DNA of 64,000 bases from contig JAYWIR010000036.1 in the NCBI GenBank assembly GCA_036172245.1, positions 372,001-436,000 on the forward strand, read 5' to 3'. Positions 1-13,300 of this stretch are shown one piece after another. The number at the start of each line of letters is the position of its first letter. The first letter of the stretch is position 1. Below the pieces are notes generated by a model. It had not been told where the DNA came from, did not search any database, and was given only the letters and a program-made list of their open reading frames with translations. The DNA comes from Raillietiella orientalis (taxonomy: Eukaryota). The translations under genes were made by a program, and so were the position numbers.

Positions 1-3000
1 GCATCTCTGCCTGTAGGTGTCGTTCAGCGAGCCCGGACTTCCAGGACATTCTCGTGCTAGCATTCTCCGCCTCCAGCGGAGGTCCTCCAAGGAGGAGCCT
101 CGGTTCTTGCTTACGTTGTCGCGTGAGCGGTTCTTCGGCCAACAGCACAAGCAGGGAGCCTTCTGGGGTTTGTGGTGGCCGCTCGAGGCAGCCTTCGGTG
201 GCAGCTCGGGAAAAAAAAAAAAAATCGGCTCTCTCAGGGTGCGACTATTCCTCGCCTATTAGCGAACTAGACATGGGGACTTCCATCCTCGAGGGTAGAT
301 GGACCGCTCCTTATTCTCGGCCTATGGTTCGCGAGGAAGACCGAAATTCCTGAAGTAATTCGCGGTCATCTCTTCGATAGCGTGCGCAAGAGAGCAAGAG
401 GGAACGGAGCCCTCCGAGCGAGAGCCACCCGACCGACCATCCGATTCGAAGGAGTTCGCGTCAGCATACCTGGGACTCGGCCTTGGGATTCCTGTCTGGA
501 ACGGCAGCCGGAAAGCGCCCCATATTGCGAACACCGTCTGGCGCTGCCTGCCTTTCCAGCGGGGCTGCCGCGTCTGCAGGTGCGTCTCGCCGCTCGTGCC
601 TGCAGACACGGTGATCCTGCTCCTGGAAGCACCTGTTCCACAGAGTTGCGGTGGTCACAAGTGTCCGAATTTCTGTTGCCCCTCTGGCGAGCATCTGCTC
701 CTTCCGTCCGGCGTGCCTGCGGTCAGCATGGCTCCCTCTGAAGCACAACAGAATGGGGATGGACACTTGGGACGGACACGCGCAGGAGCGCGGGTGCATT
801 CTGCGAGATGGCAGCACGAGCTCCTGGGGCCACCTCTGCGACCAAGGCAACCGAATCTTCTCCAGAGGACCTTCTCGCTTCCCCTCTTCTGCATGAGGGC
901 CTAAATCTCCCACCCACAGCAAACCCTATTGAAGAGACAGACCCACGAGCAGCTGGCGCTCCGGGATAAGGGCGAGGATGGGCTCAGATTACCAGGAGCA
1001 CTACTCACGTCGGGGATTCGACTCCGTGGAGAAGCGCGTCCTGAAAGGGGGCTGCTGAACTTGCGGGGAAAAACAAACAAACCCTCGAAAAATGGGACAC
1101 TCGTGATTCTGCGACGCCTCGCTTGAGATGTCGACGCGAATCAGCGCCGGAATTCTTAGAAACCTCTTTTGCCCAACTCTGGTAAGGGAAGCGCGGCGAA
1201 GGGCGCGCGAAGTCTTCTTCGGCAGGGAGGAAGAGAGGGTACAGAGCGGTAGCTTTGTCGTTGGCTCTGTACATACTCTTTTTGTTTTTTTTCAGAAACG
1301 AATGAACTCGTTGCGAAACGGATTTTAGCGATGAGTAGAATATGATATATATACTATATATACACACACATGTATATACGATATATATACATTTTCAAGC
1401 GCGGTGATCCTGATCGCAGCTCTAAATGGGTAACGAAGCTCCTCCTCATACAACGACTGCCCCGGGGGGCGCGAAAGGGCCACGGCTCACTGCGAGCTCG
1501 TGTGGCGTGAGCGCGCATGAGCCGTGCGACTCAATTGCCTCTGCTTGCGTGCACCCTCTGCTGCACCACGGTTCACGCGCGCACCGCTCTTTTCTTTTTT
1601 CCAAACGAACTCTTCAGACCTTCCTGCTGGTCGCTCAGAGTGGGGGTGGTTTTCCAGGAGGATTTTCCTTCCCAGTTCAAAACTCTCACAATCGCTGTTC
1701 GCTGTTTCCGAAGCAATTTAAGGGTGTCAATTCATACGAACGAGCAGGAACAATCATCACCGTTACGGCACTCGAATGAGGTGCTCCAGTAAACGAGGAA
1801 GGGACTCTGTGAGATCGATTGAATTCCGAAGGTCGAAGCTGTTGAATTGCTACCTACCGCAACCAAGGAAAGAAAGAAAGAAATGTGCAATGAAACAGGA
1901 TGTTAAAGTGCAGCCTAGAAGAACAAAGTTGATGAAACACTGGTGTTATTCTTTCCTGCCTGCAAGCCCCCAAGATTATCCCTCCCCATCCCCCTTCCGT
2001 CCCTCTCCGAATAATGAATCCGCGTGGTACGGAAAGGTGCATAGCCGAGGGATCTAGCGTACCCATCCACAGAGAGTAAGTACACACCATTGCATAAATA
2101 ATGATTTAAGCAAGCAGCCGGACTGAGGGTCGTGCCAAACACATGCTTCCTACACTCTCTTTCCAAGCGACTCTTTTCCAAGAGCAGCATGTGGAGAAAC
2201 GCGTGCCGAAGGCACCACCACCAGATGGAAAGGTTCTGCTTTTATGTGGTCTGCGAATGTGGATCAGCATTCATCCCAATGGAATCCCACAAGAAATATT
2301 TCCACGGGTTGTGGTGTACGCGAATACACAGCACTGCAAATCTCTAGGTATATCGTGTAAAAGGTAATAAGTTAGGAAGCTTGAAAGTGTCGTGAATTAA
2401 GACCGTGATGCCGGTGAGATGTTCGCTCTTCGGTGGCCTCTGCAATTCTGGGTTAACCTGCGGTGTGAAAATACCGAATAACCGCGGTCAAAAAGATAAC
2501 TTGGGCCCGTTCAAATCTGCCACCTTTTCGTTTTTTTCTTTTTTTTCTTTTTTAGACATGCGCAGAACCGGAATTCCGCCGGCGCATAAATGTACAACGG
2601 TCCTTTCTGACCATGCAAATGTACAGTGCGTGCTGTGTCGAGAATAAGCTAAGAAGGATGCGTCCCCCCCTTCTCGAACGATGCACACGATGCTTGAGGG
2701 AAGGCGAGGAAGTCTGATCGGCAGTCGTCTGAAGCCTTTGGAGCGTTCCACCGTGTTTCCATAGTATGTATACATACATGTCCTCTTGATGCGTGCACCG
2801 TGCACCAGATTCCCACACGATCGCATCGGAGCTACGACTGTTTCGGTGTTGTGGTGTTTGCTCGATCAGGGATGCTGATTTCGATCTCTCTTTTTTCCTT
2901 TTTTTCTCAAGACGCTCTTGTCACGGAGCAGATTTCCGAAGCGATGAGTTGTATACGATATATATACATGTGCGTGCGTGCGTGTGTACATTCTGATGTT

Positions 3001-3086
3001 CTTTTTCCGATCCATCCACATTTCGACCCATTCCGATCCATTCCGGCCGTCCACAGAAGTTCGCGATTTGCGTTTGTTTGCGTTCC

Positions 3087-3248
3087 CAAGCATTGTTGGG
3101 CGGCCATTCTCAGAGTTCGCTCTTCTCGCGTCACCCGACGCAAGCATTGTTGGGCGGCCATTCTCAGAGTTCGCTCTTCTCGCGTCACCCGACGCAAGCA
3201 TTGTTGGGCGGCCATTCTCAGAGTTCGCTCTTCTCGAGTCACCTGACT
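3087..3248. repeat. Minisatellite, 3 x 54 bp
   Basis: Unit caagcattgttgggcggccattctcagagttcgctcttctcgcgtcacccgacg at 3087, 3141 and 3195; the third copy diverges slightly at its end. Confidence 0.95.
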
Positions 3249-4377
3249 GTCGGAGTGTCCGGGGAGCAAGCCGGAGCTGTCCTGGTTGCTGTGCAGGTGA
3301 TGCCCCCCTCTTCGGAGGATGCGTTCTCATGTGATGAGCATGTTCTTTACGAGATCACCCGGCATGCAAGTGAGTTTCCAAATAGTTGGATGCGGAGATG
3401 AGGGCACGCCTTTTTTATGCCGTTGAAGGGATGGGCTAGTTCTTCAAAGGCGCCCCTAGAAGACCGTCATCGAAACTGACCGAGAATGCAATCGGATTAC
3501 TCTCTGGTCGAATGTGCTTCTCAAGGAGGAACGTTTAACATGAGGGTCCCGTGCATGCAAAAAAGGGGGGAAATTTTTTTTAAGCCGGCTCTGTTTTTTT
3601 TTTTTCTTTAATGTCACTGGGAATTTCACTTCGAACCCATCAGGTGATCTGAAGGAGTTTCTGTTTTTTTTTTTTTTTAATTTTTTATTGTCGTCTTATC
3701 CAATCGGTCACTTTCAGATCGCTGTCAACTCGTGCGAGGGAATAAATCAAGCGCATTTTTGTTCCATTTATCTCACACTTTTTATTTTTTTGCTCCAGGA
3801 GTTCCTCTTCGACTGCTCGAAAGGCGGCTTCTTTGATAGCTAATAAAATTACAAGTTTCCCGCGTTTACCCCCCCCCCCCCTCCCTCAAAAAACACACAT
3901 ACACGCACAAAAACAACAACAACAAATATTCGTCAGTGATTTGAGACGTTGTTCCCCCCTCATTTTAGCTTATGTTTTATTCTTTTGTCCTGCTACGGGA
4001 GTCTATCGGTTGAACCGATCGCGTTCGCGAGCTCGTCTTCCAGCCATCCTCCCAAACTCGTATGCTGCAAAATCTTGTGCCTTATCGGTCAGAAGGATTC
4101 GGATGAAGCGTTTGAACGTTCTTCATTTTTCTCTCGTGTTCTTTCTTTCCTTCCTTCCTTCTTTCCTTTTTTTTTTTTTATCAGTGGTCACGCACGATTG
4201 GACTGACGTGCGCGAAGAGAGGAGGCATAAGAAGCAGCCTTCCTCCTCCTCCCCCCATCCCCCCCTCAAAAAAAAAAAAAAAAAACCCAAGTAAATCAGT
4301 TTAATTTTGTGCATGGCTGCTGGTGCATGCAGGTAGTCACTTGGCCTTATAAGCCCTCTTCCTTGCAGGTGATCGGC

Positions 4378-7300
4378 ATGGTGTACTTCCTGCAGATTGT
4401 CGCGTGGATCTCGTGTCTTCTGGTGTTCTCAGCATCGGGTGAGTGCAGCGGCAGACCTCGGGCTGCTTTGCTTTCTGCATTTCCTTCTTTCCTATCTGTC
4501 GAGTGTTCCACCGAGTCGAAGACGCACAGGGTGGTGTGTGTGTGGGGAGGGGGCGGGAGAACAGGGATTACCTGGAGGTTTTCCGTTGTGCTGGTTAGCG
4601 CATTCCTCACCACAGCAAACCACACCTACACAGTCGGGGGATGTCCTTCTTCTGTCTTCTGTCTTGTCCGGGGTTTGCCTACCTTCATAAGTAAACACAG
4701 ATTTTATTCCAAGTTTTCCTACTCCAGAATCGACCTTCCGGATAGAGGGGGCTGCTAAAGAAGCCCCTGAATTTCCTTGACTGGTGTGTTAGCCACGCCA
4801 CGAGGTGCGAGTTTTCTTCTTCTTTAACTTGGAAGATGCCGATTTTGTTTTCTGCTACCGGAACGGACGGATGGGGTGTTCTGGTCCTCATTTCCGAAGT
4901 CGAAAGCTTTGTGCAAGTGGCCCCGTCGGGCTGATAGCCCCGATCCAGCACATCTGGATGAGTAAAGTGCACGCTCTTTCGCCTGCATCCCGTTTCGAGT
5001 GCGCAGAACATTTATCTGCTCCCCTCCGCCGTCCCGAAATCTGCCGTCTCCATCTCAGGACTTCTCCTTCCATCTGCCTCCCTCCTTTTGCTGATTTGCG
5101 TGTTGTCGAGTCCGTCTTGTGGAGCACTTCGCTTGCTCTTCATCCTCGTGATCGATTCCGCTCGGGGAACTCCTTTCACGCTTCTCTTCAGGGGGAAGGA
5201 AGGTTTGTCCGTTTCCCCCGTCTTCGTCCTTGCCCTCTCTCCTCGGCGTGCGTCAAAGACGCATCGACGAAGTTGAAGGGGTGAAGAAACAAAACCTGGG
5301 AGTCCCTGCGATCGCCCGTGCAGTCGAGCGAGCAGAGCGAGACGATCCGCAAGGAATCCTGGTTTTGCTTCCTTCTCACTGCAATCCCGCACCGCGTCGT
5401 TTTTCAGCGGACGGAAGGGAGGGAGTGCAGCTGCCTCTGCAGCAGCAGCAGCAGCAGCAGCTCCGAACAAGAAGCACTCCGTTCCCGCGAGAATTTCGGA
5501 TACCTCAAAAACACACACGCACGCACAGAGTAAATAAATCGACGCTGAACCGGGACCGCACGCTGGGATGGCAGAGGGAGGAGGATACCCCTTCTCGTCG
5601 AGGGGAGAGAGCAGTTCCACGGGTCGGAGATTAAGGGACGGGCGGCAAGCGCTCGCTCTGGAAGGATGCGGAGGCGGAAGCGGTGCACTCGAGTGCCCGT
5701 TATGCAAATTTCCGGGAGCTCGAACGCATCGCTTTCTCCCGTTTTTCACGTGTTCTCTCACGATCCCCCGGGCAAGGCGAGATGCAAAGCGGGAAAAAGG
5801 GAACCGACCGGCTGCTGTGCGCGGCTGCTGCCTACGATCCGTAGATGCAAAGAATCGATAGCGGCTTTTTGTGGGTCTCGTTCCGTGACGCGGCTCTGTG
5901 CCCCCGTTGATTGCGGAAATGCAGTGCTGAGGAAGAGAGCGTGACTTTTCGGGTGCTCGTGAATCACCAGGAGAACGAAGACCCGATTTTTTCCTTCTTC
6001 TCCTGTAGTGCTATTTGATGTGATTGCGAATAACTCCGGAAAATCGGAAAATCGCTTCCGGTGCGAAGAGTGGACGATGGGCAGTAATGGCAGAATTCGA
6101 AACTACGGTGTCCAGGGAGCATTTTCCAAGGAAGGAGGTTGTTCCTGCTCGTTAGAGTGGAAGGACAGAAAGAAAGTGCTTTCAATAAATTTGTGCGTGC
6201 ACTCCAAACCACGTGCGGACCATTTTTTTTAGGATGTTTCACGCGGAATGTGATGATACTCGGTGGACAAAGACAATGAGGAAGGCATAGCAAGGCCGGG
6301 GAGCGTTCTGGTCTAATGGGAGAGCTCGCAGGACCGGGAGAGAGGTTAACTGTAGTCTTTCCACGGTACCTCTCTCCCGTTTCCGTGCAGCCTCCGAGAT
6401 CAGCGCAATGCGTCTGGATCACGGTCCCGTCGGAAAAAAATAAAAAATAAAAATAAAGTGTCACGTTTCGTATGAAGGAAACTCCCGAACCCGTGCTTTC
6501 ATCACCTAGCATGGTCGAAAGGAAGGGTTTCCGGTTGCCAGTTAGACAGAACGGTTCATTAATTTATCTTCATTTCGATAAGTACCGCAGACACCCCTAC
6601 ATGCGCACATAAGCACACACACGGGCACATAAGCACCGCTACCTATCTGCGTGCATGCATAAATACTTAAATGAATGTATATACATGAGCGTTGAAAAGT
6701 GTTTTCATGCATCCCAAGCACTCAACAGTGCAGACGCGAGTGATGCAAGCAGTGTCGTAAAGTGAAAAAGAAACACACACACACACAAAAAAAAAAACCT
6801 TTTTTTCGTGCGCAGCTTCATCTAGATGTGTGCTGGGAAATACTCGGTCGAGGCGATCAGAGAATTCAGTGGCACATGTGCTTGTGGCGCGTGCCCTCTT
6901 TATTTTGTTTTTCTTTTCGCAGAAGAGTATTCCGGATGCTGTGCTCCGAGAGCGGCAGCAACCAGGGGAAAGTTCGGCCAGGTACTCGAGAACTGGGAGC
7001 TCGCAAAGACAAAGCGCGGCGAAGAGAAACCAAAAGGGAGCGAGCCAAGGACGAAGGCTGCCGGAGACTCTGCAGATAATGACCTTCCTCGAACAAGATA
7101 TTTGCTGTGGAATCTTGGAAGCCATAAAGACGATTCCGTCCACCGGCAATCCGAAATCGCGTCTTCCTGCTGCTGCTTGGTTGCTAAGTCTCGGTTGCCG
7201 TGGGGGCGATCTGGCAAATCGCGGGCGCACCAACCCCGTCGTCGGGCTGGGTGATGAACCCGCTTGCTGTCAACCATCCCAGGTAGAAGGAGCAGACTAC

Positions 7301-10300
7301 CGGATGGCTGCAAGTGATTTAATTAAGTTCACGGATGCTGTAAAGAGCGAATAGCTTTCAGGGTTCAGTCGGCAGTTTTCTGTCCGCTTCGCATGGCTCA
7401 CGTTCGCATCGGTTTGTTATTTATTCGCTCGCGCGTCTGGTTTTATCATTCATCTTTGACAGTCCATTTAAATTTTACAGCAGACCTTAGTCGAGAAAGA
7501 GTTCTCGAACGGAGTTTGGAAATTCGAAGTGCAGGAACCATTCGTCATGCGAGATCAGTTGCATTTTTTTCGGCGGGGAAGTTTCGAAGCCGAGCAGATA
7601 CTTCGGGGAGCCTTCCTGTTCCCTCCCTTGTTCTTTTCGCGGGATCTTGAGGAATTTTGCGATGTCTTCCGGAGTAGTTAGTCTTCAAGAACAGGAAAAA
7701 ATAAACACTGATGATGAAAAAAGAAGAGTCTGATGAAGTGCGGAGATCATTAGGAGCCGGCGGTGAACGTTGGAGGCAAATGAAGGATGATCGCTATTCT
7801 CTGCAGCTGCAATTATGTGTGTTGGTGAGGTGCACACGGCTGAAATGTAAACAGCTGAACGCGAAAAAAGGTTCTTGTTAACCGCTGACGTGTTTTGATG
7901 TAGTGGAGAAGTAGACCGAGCGTATCCAGGTATCACAAAAGCCCGGCGTTCTCTCAAGCATTCCCTCCATCCCTTAGAAGGAGTCGATGGCGCTCTCTTG
8001 CGAAAGAACGTCGGTGAATCGCGACACTGTAAGCAGCTTTTTCCACATTGGACTTGGCTTTCGTGGTTGCTCTTCCGTCGCACGGGTTGCAGTGACGATG
8101 AAGAGATGAGGTGGTACGCGATGAGCGTCGGTAATTCGAATGGAACAGCGGCAGGAGGAGTTTGCTCGGGGTTGTAACCCTCTGCTGTCTATTCCCGAGC
8201 TGCGACCACCGGTGGTGGTGCAGCGGGAAGACATGCGCGAGCGATCATTCGGCACTTGTGCTTTCCGGCATCGTGGTGCCGGTGGTGGTGGGAGAGGCAT
8301 AGGTGGTCCGCTTTCTGGGCGGCGCACAGCGTAGGCCAGAGATTGCTCACTTAGGTGGTCGCGAAAAGAGATAGTGGTGGAATTAGGGAGCTTCCCATCT
8401 CGCAATGGTGTTTTCTTTTCTTTCTTTTTTTTTGCCAACTGGAAGCTGTTTGTCTCCGTTGATGGTGTTCCACTGCTTTGGCCGTGAAGGGTTCTTGAAA
8501 TAGCTAAGCCATTTTTCTAGTTTACTTTAATGATGGGGGCTGACCGGGATAGTTTATCTTCCTTCGAATGCGGGCCCATTCGAGATCGGGAGCCACGGCT
8601 CTTCTCGCTCTCCGTTCGTCCCTTCGAAAGCAGCACCACGTTCCAGTGCTTGAGTTGACCTCCCATTTCTCTCTTCCCACACCCCACATTTTTTTTTGAG
8701 GGAAGGGGGCCTGGTGTTGTCTCCCCCAGTGATTTCAATTTCGGGCCGAGAAATTACAACGCGCATTCCCGCGGACCTCAAACTGACGTAATTTTGCGTA
8801 ACCCGGTTTTTTCGCAAGGTCATCAGCAGCGATGGCCCACTCCTTTCCTGACATCCTGCTCTTGCCTGGGCAAGGTCCTCCGTAGGCCGAACCATGCGCC
8901 TGGTGCAGTGGCGGCGGCACCGTCGGGCTTCGGGTTGCGGTGGGTGCGCGCGCTGACTTCGTCGTCCTGCCGAGAGAGTTTTCCGTTTTGCTCGCGTCGC
9001 CCGCTGCTCGCCCTTGCTCGACGTGCGCGGAAAGCCGGCAGCTCGCTCGCTCGCCCTGCTACGCTGTAAACTGTGTTTGAATGGCGCGCGGACTTCGCGT
9101 CTTCTCTCGGGGTGCACCGACGCATGGCCACTCAGGAGGAGCTCCGAGGCTGGGCGTCGCGTCTCGCACGATGCACCTCGCCACTTGCTCGCGGCAGCAT
9201 TCGAATCGGCACTCCACAGCCATCTCACTGTGCAGTCCCGCAGTCGGCCCTTGGGCAGATGAAAGGAACGAACGACCCGCAGGGAAAGGGAGCCGCGCAC
9301 CGTGAGGCGGGGGAAGCGCCGCGAAGGGGTGGCAAAGAGCAGCAGGTGCGGCCAGATCCGATGAAGTGAACGCGACGGATGCTGCGCCGGCCGGGGAAGA
9401 ACTCGTGCAGCCGCGACGCATCCTCCACCTTTTCTCCCGCAGCAAGGAACGGGCTGGAACGGGAAAGTTGCGGGGATGGAATGAGGGAGAGGAGGAACGC
9501 AGGGCAAACCAAGGCACGGAAGAGGACGTCCAAGAAGCAAAAGTGCTTTACAAATAGCGAGGAAGTCGTTTGGAAAGATCGGTCTGGGATCCCTGGATTT
9601 GCGTCATCTTTTCAGGCATCGCGGCATTTCCTTCAGCGGGGATGGGGAAACCGCAAGGAGCGGTACGCAGGGGGCGCAACTGCCTCTGCTACCTTCTGCG
9701 AAGGCAGAAGGTAGCAGCATGAGCTGGGGGGGGGGGAGGAGTAAACCCGGGAGACTTCTCCGGCCCGGTGGGTGGTCAAAAGACCGAACGGGGCAGATGG
9801 ATCGTAACCCTCCCTCCCAACTCTGCACGCCCTGCTTGGAGTCGCGTCCCAGTTCTTCCTTTGGTGGTCTTCCCTCGCACGTGTTGCGAATTCTCCCCCC
9901 ATAGTTCTCATGTTGGCGGCCTGTGCTTCTGCGGTTTCCGCGAGTCGTACCAAACGTCGTGGGTCCGAATCCCCACCCGGTAGAGGAGGATCGCCGCCGA
10001 GAAATGGGGGGTGCGTCGTGGGTTTCGAGTTCCTTCCGCAAGATGATGCTGGTTGGTCTGTTCGGGTGCGGCACTGCCGGAAACCGGGTGCCCCCCGCGA
10101 CTAGCCAGGGTTGGAAGCCCCTCTGGGGTCCTTCCAGGACATCAAAGAGCCTTTTCGGGTTCTCCTCCAGTTTGGAAAATGCGAGCTCTCCATCGCGCAC
10201 CGCGGAGCTGGTTGATACTCCCCTCGGGGAACTATCCTCCACCCTGTCAGAAGCTCTCCGCGCCCTTCGGAGAAATTAAAAAACGTCCCTCAAGAAGAAA

Positions 10301-13300
10301 TGAGGACTGTCCTCCTGCGATCCCCCTCGGGAAACCAGGGCAAGGATTCCCTTTGGGGTCTCCTCTCAAAAGCGTAATAGGAACTGACTCCTTCCTCTAG
10401 AGCCTTCCTGGCTTTATAGGGTGGTTACCCCCTAACTCGAAGAGTCAGCACTCCCGTTCGGGTGGCGTGTGTCCAAGAGCTTCGTGAGTGTCCCGTAAGG
10501 AGGCGAACAGTTCTTCAGCACTCCTTGGGAACCAAAAAAGCTATTGGAAGAAAAGCAGCGAGGCAGAAAAACCCTAAAAGGATTTCCATCATTCATTCAT
10601 ACAGTCTGGTACTGTGCCATGCAGAGTTTGGTACAGGATCAAAAGAAGCGCGGATGCGAAAGCACACATTCGACCTCGAAAAAGTCTGTTCAAACTGCTT
10701 CTGATTGCGCTCGACGACCAAGTTGAGTCTGAAGGTCTTCCTGTTGCTCCTGCTGCTACCACTCGGTGGGGGACGCGAAACGCGTCCGCGGTACTCCCGG
10801 TTGTACCTCAAGCGGGAGGAACGGATTCCCCGCGCGTTTCGTGATGGTCCCTCCGAAGCGGTCCTTCCGTTCCCGGCGAAACTCCACCGCTGCCATGCGC
10901 AGCTGGCGGGCTCGCTCTGAAGACTCGCAGCATCTCGCTCCCCTGAGACCTGCCGGTTGCCGTTCACAGAAGATGAGAACAGTCACTCTTCTGATCTCGA
11001 AGTGGGAAACGTGAAGAAACCTGATCCGGTGGCACGGACTGACGATCCATTGAGCGGCCGTTCGGAAGTCGCCGGGGATGGTTGAAAGCCACAGCGTCGT
11101 CGTCCATCCGTGGGGGGGAGGACGAAAGGGAAAAAAAGTCTCCCAGGAGTGTGAGCTCAGAGAGGCCGCCGAGGGCCGCCGCGAGTGGACTATAGAGCCA
11201 TCGACCGACTGTGGAGAGCTCTGTGCGGAAGCCTCAGGGCCACGGGTGTCGGAAAGAACTTGTCGAGGAGGAGAGCTGCCTGAGCTCTAACACCTTCTCG
11301 CGCTCTCTTGCTTGCGTCCTCTCGGATGCCTGCTGGTGCTTCCGAATGCGTTTCTCTTCGCCGCTCGCCATTTGATGCCCCCCCTTCCTCTTCCATTGCC
11401 TCTTCGATTCCCCGTCCGGGAGAACTGAGCGCAATAGCGGGGTCCCGGATTATCCCGAGTGTAGTTCGTTCGCTCGCTGGGATTCCAGAAGTGTTTTTTC
11501 CGGAATCGAATCCGAGGGTTTCAGCCCTCTGGTCTTCCGCCGCTCACATCTTCCTCTCGAAACTCCTGGTTTCGGAAGGTTTGCTTTGGGATCACTCTGC
11601 CCCGCGATAGGAGCGCGGTCAATTTTAGGGAGCCGAGATTTTCCCTCACGCGAACTCCATCTCTTCGCCTTGTCCCAGTTACTTGTTTTTTCTGTTATCA
11701 TTGTCAAGACCACCTTGCCCTTCTACGGGGATGGGGGGAGGGCACCTTGATAACGGCCCTGTTTCTTTCGTGGGCTCTCGCGCGAAGTACGAAACGGGAG
11801 ATTCAATGCGTCCCTTTGCGCGGCTGGCGTTGGCTCTCTCCCCTCGTTAGCACTCCCATCGACAGACCGAGGACCCTATTCGCGTTGCTCCCAGCCTTTT
11901 CTCGATAGGGACGAAAAATGAACAGGGAGAGGGAGCAGTGGGAGAGAATGGAAGGAATCACGGCGACCGACGGATAAAGACATTGAAAAACAGATGAAAA
12001 TGAAGAAGCCAAGACAGAAAGAAAGAGTACGACGAGAGGCATGCAGCGCTCGAGGACGGAAGAGGGTGAGGTCCTTGGGTAGGTCCCAAGAGCCTCCCCT
12101 AACGAGGGTTGCAAGTCTGGCTGTGCAATGGCGACGACGGCTTTGTGCTAGACGCTGCCTTCTGATTGCCGCCGCGTTTCCATTCTTATCTTGGGTGACC
12201 AGGACACGCTCGATCGAAGGTTCCGTGGGGCTCACGCGTCCTCAGGGTAGTAACCCCATTCACGCGGAGCGCCATGAGACGCTGCGCGTGACGTGACCGT
12301 CGTGCTGGCGCACGTCGGTCCTCTTCTCCAATCGACGCGTGCGTGTCGAAGAGAGAGAGAGACCCCCCCTTACTCCGGAATCGGGCTCGAAAGAGGATCG
12401 GCCACGAGCGCGGCAGTAGCTCTCAGCGCTTTGCGCTCCGGTCATCACCTTCCCCTCCGGTCGTTCTCTCACTGTCTTTCGCGCGCGCGGAATGCGGTTA
12501 ATCCGCGAGGTTTTTCTGCAGATGAGGCCGCGCCCGCATGGGAGGATTCACACATCCCAGGGACAGGGCGAGGAGAAAAGTAGGGTGTGTGAGAGGGAGA
12601 GGTCAGGAGGAATCCGACGCACGCCGCTCTCGCACTCTGTGGATATTGCTGCATCTTCCGCCCCTTTCTGTCCGCTCGAACCCTGAACCCTCGGTCGACG
12701 TACCAGTAGCCTGCCCGCACCTGACCCTGAGGGCTTCTGGACCACCAGTCCCACCGCTTCAGAGCGACCGAAAGAGATGGCAACTGCGCGATCCCTGCCC
12801 AGGCCTTTCTCTGGCAAGCCCGTCTATTCCTGCACCCAGCCGTCTGCTTTAAGCACACACGTAACTTTTTTTCCCACCTCCGTACCATCGCGGCTTCGCG
12901 ATCGCACCGCTTCCGGTCTTCTTGGACGGGTTCGTGGCTGCGGTCGCAGTCACCCGGAGGGAGGATGATTTTTTGCACTTCTTGGCAGCGTGAGTATTCC
13001 AGCGCCCGTAGGAGTTGACGGCGCGCAGGGAGGGGGGAGGGAGGTCACCTTCCTTGACATTCGCGTTTGACCTGCTGGAGGCTGCGCATAGGGACTCTAC
13101 GCTCCGCATTCCAGAGGCTGCAAGGCTTTCGCATCCTCCTTCCCTTTTCTCCCGGGAGATTGGCGCGCGTCACCCACCATCCCATCGGGGGAAAGCTCCG
13201 ACTCTCTCGCCAATTCGATCCGCCATGTCTTCCAGCGCCGCGTGAAGAGTGGCCTTGTCCCGTCCTTTTCCGTCTCAGCCGTTTCCCTGAGGGAGAGCGG

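Noticed and set aside
1..1130. LINE relics at the window start
   Set aside because: Only faint resemblances (SCLRCR, PWDSCLER, RGLLNL); too weak to call without alignment.
3087..3248. CRISPR-like array
   Set aside because: The units are contiguous with no unique spacers, there are no cas genes, and the context is eukaryotic.
5408..5529. Poly-Gln cassette exon of the discoidin gene
   Set aside because: It is 122 nt long, so inclusion would shift the frame of the next exon.
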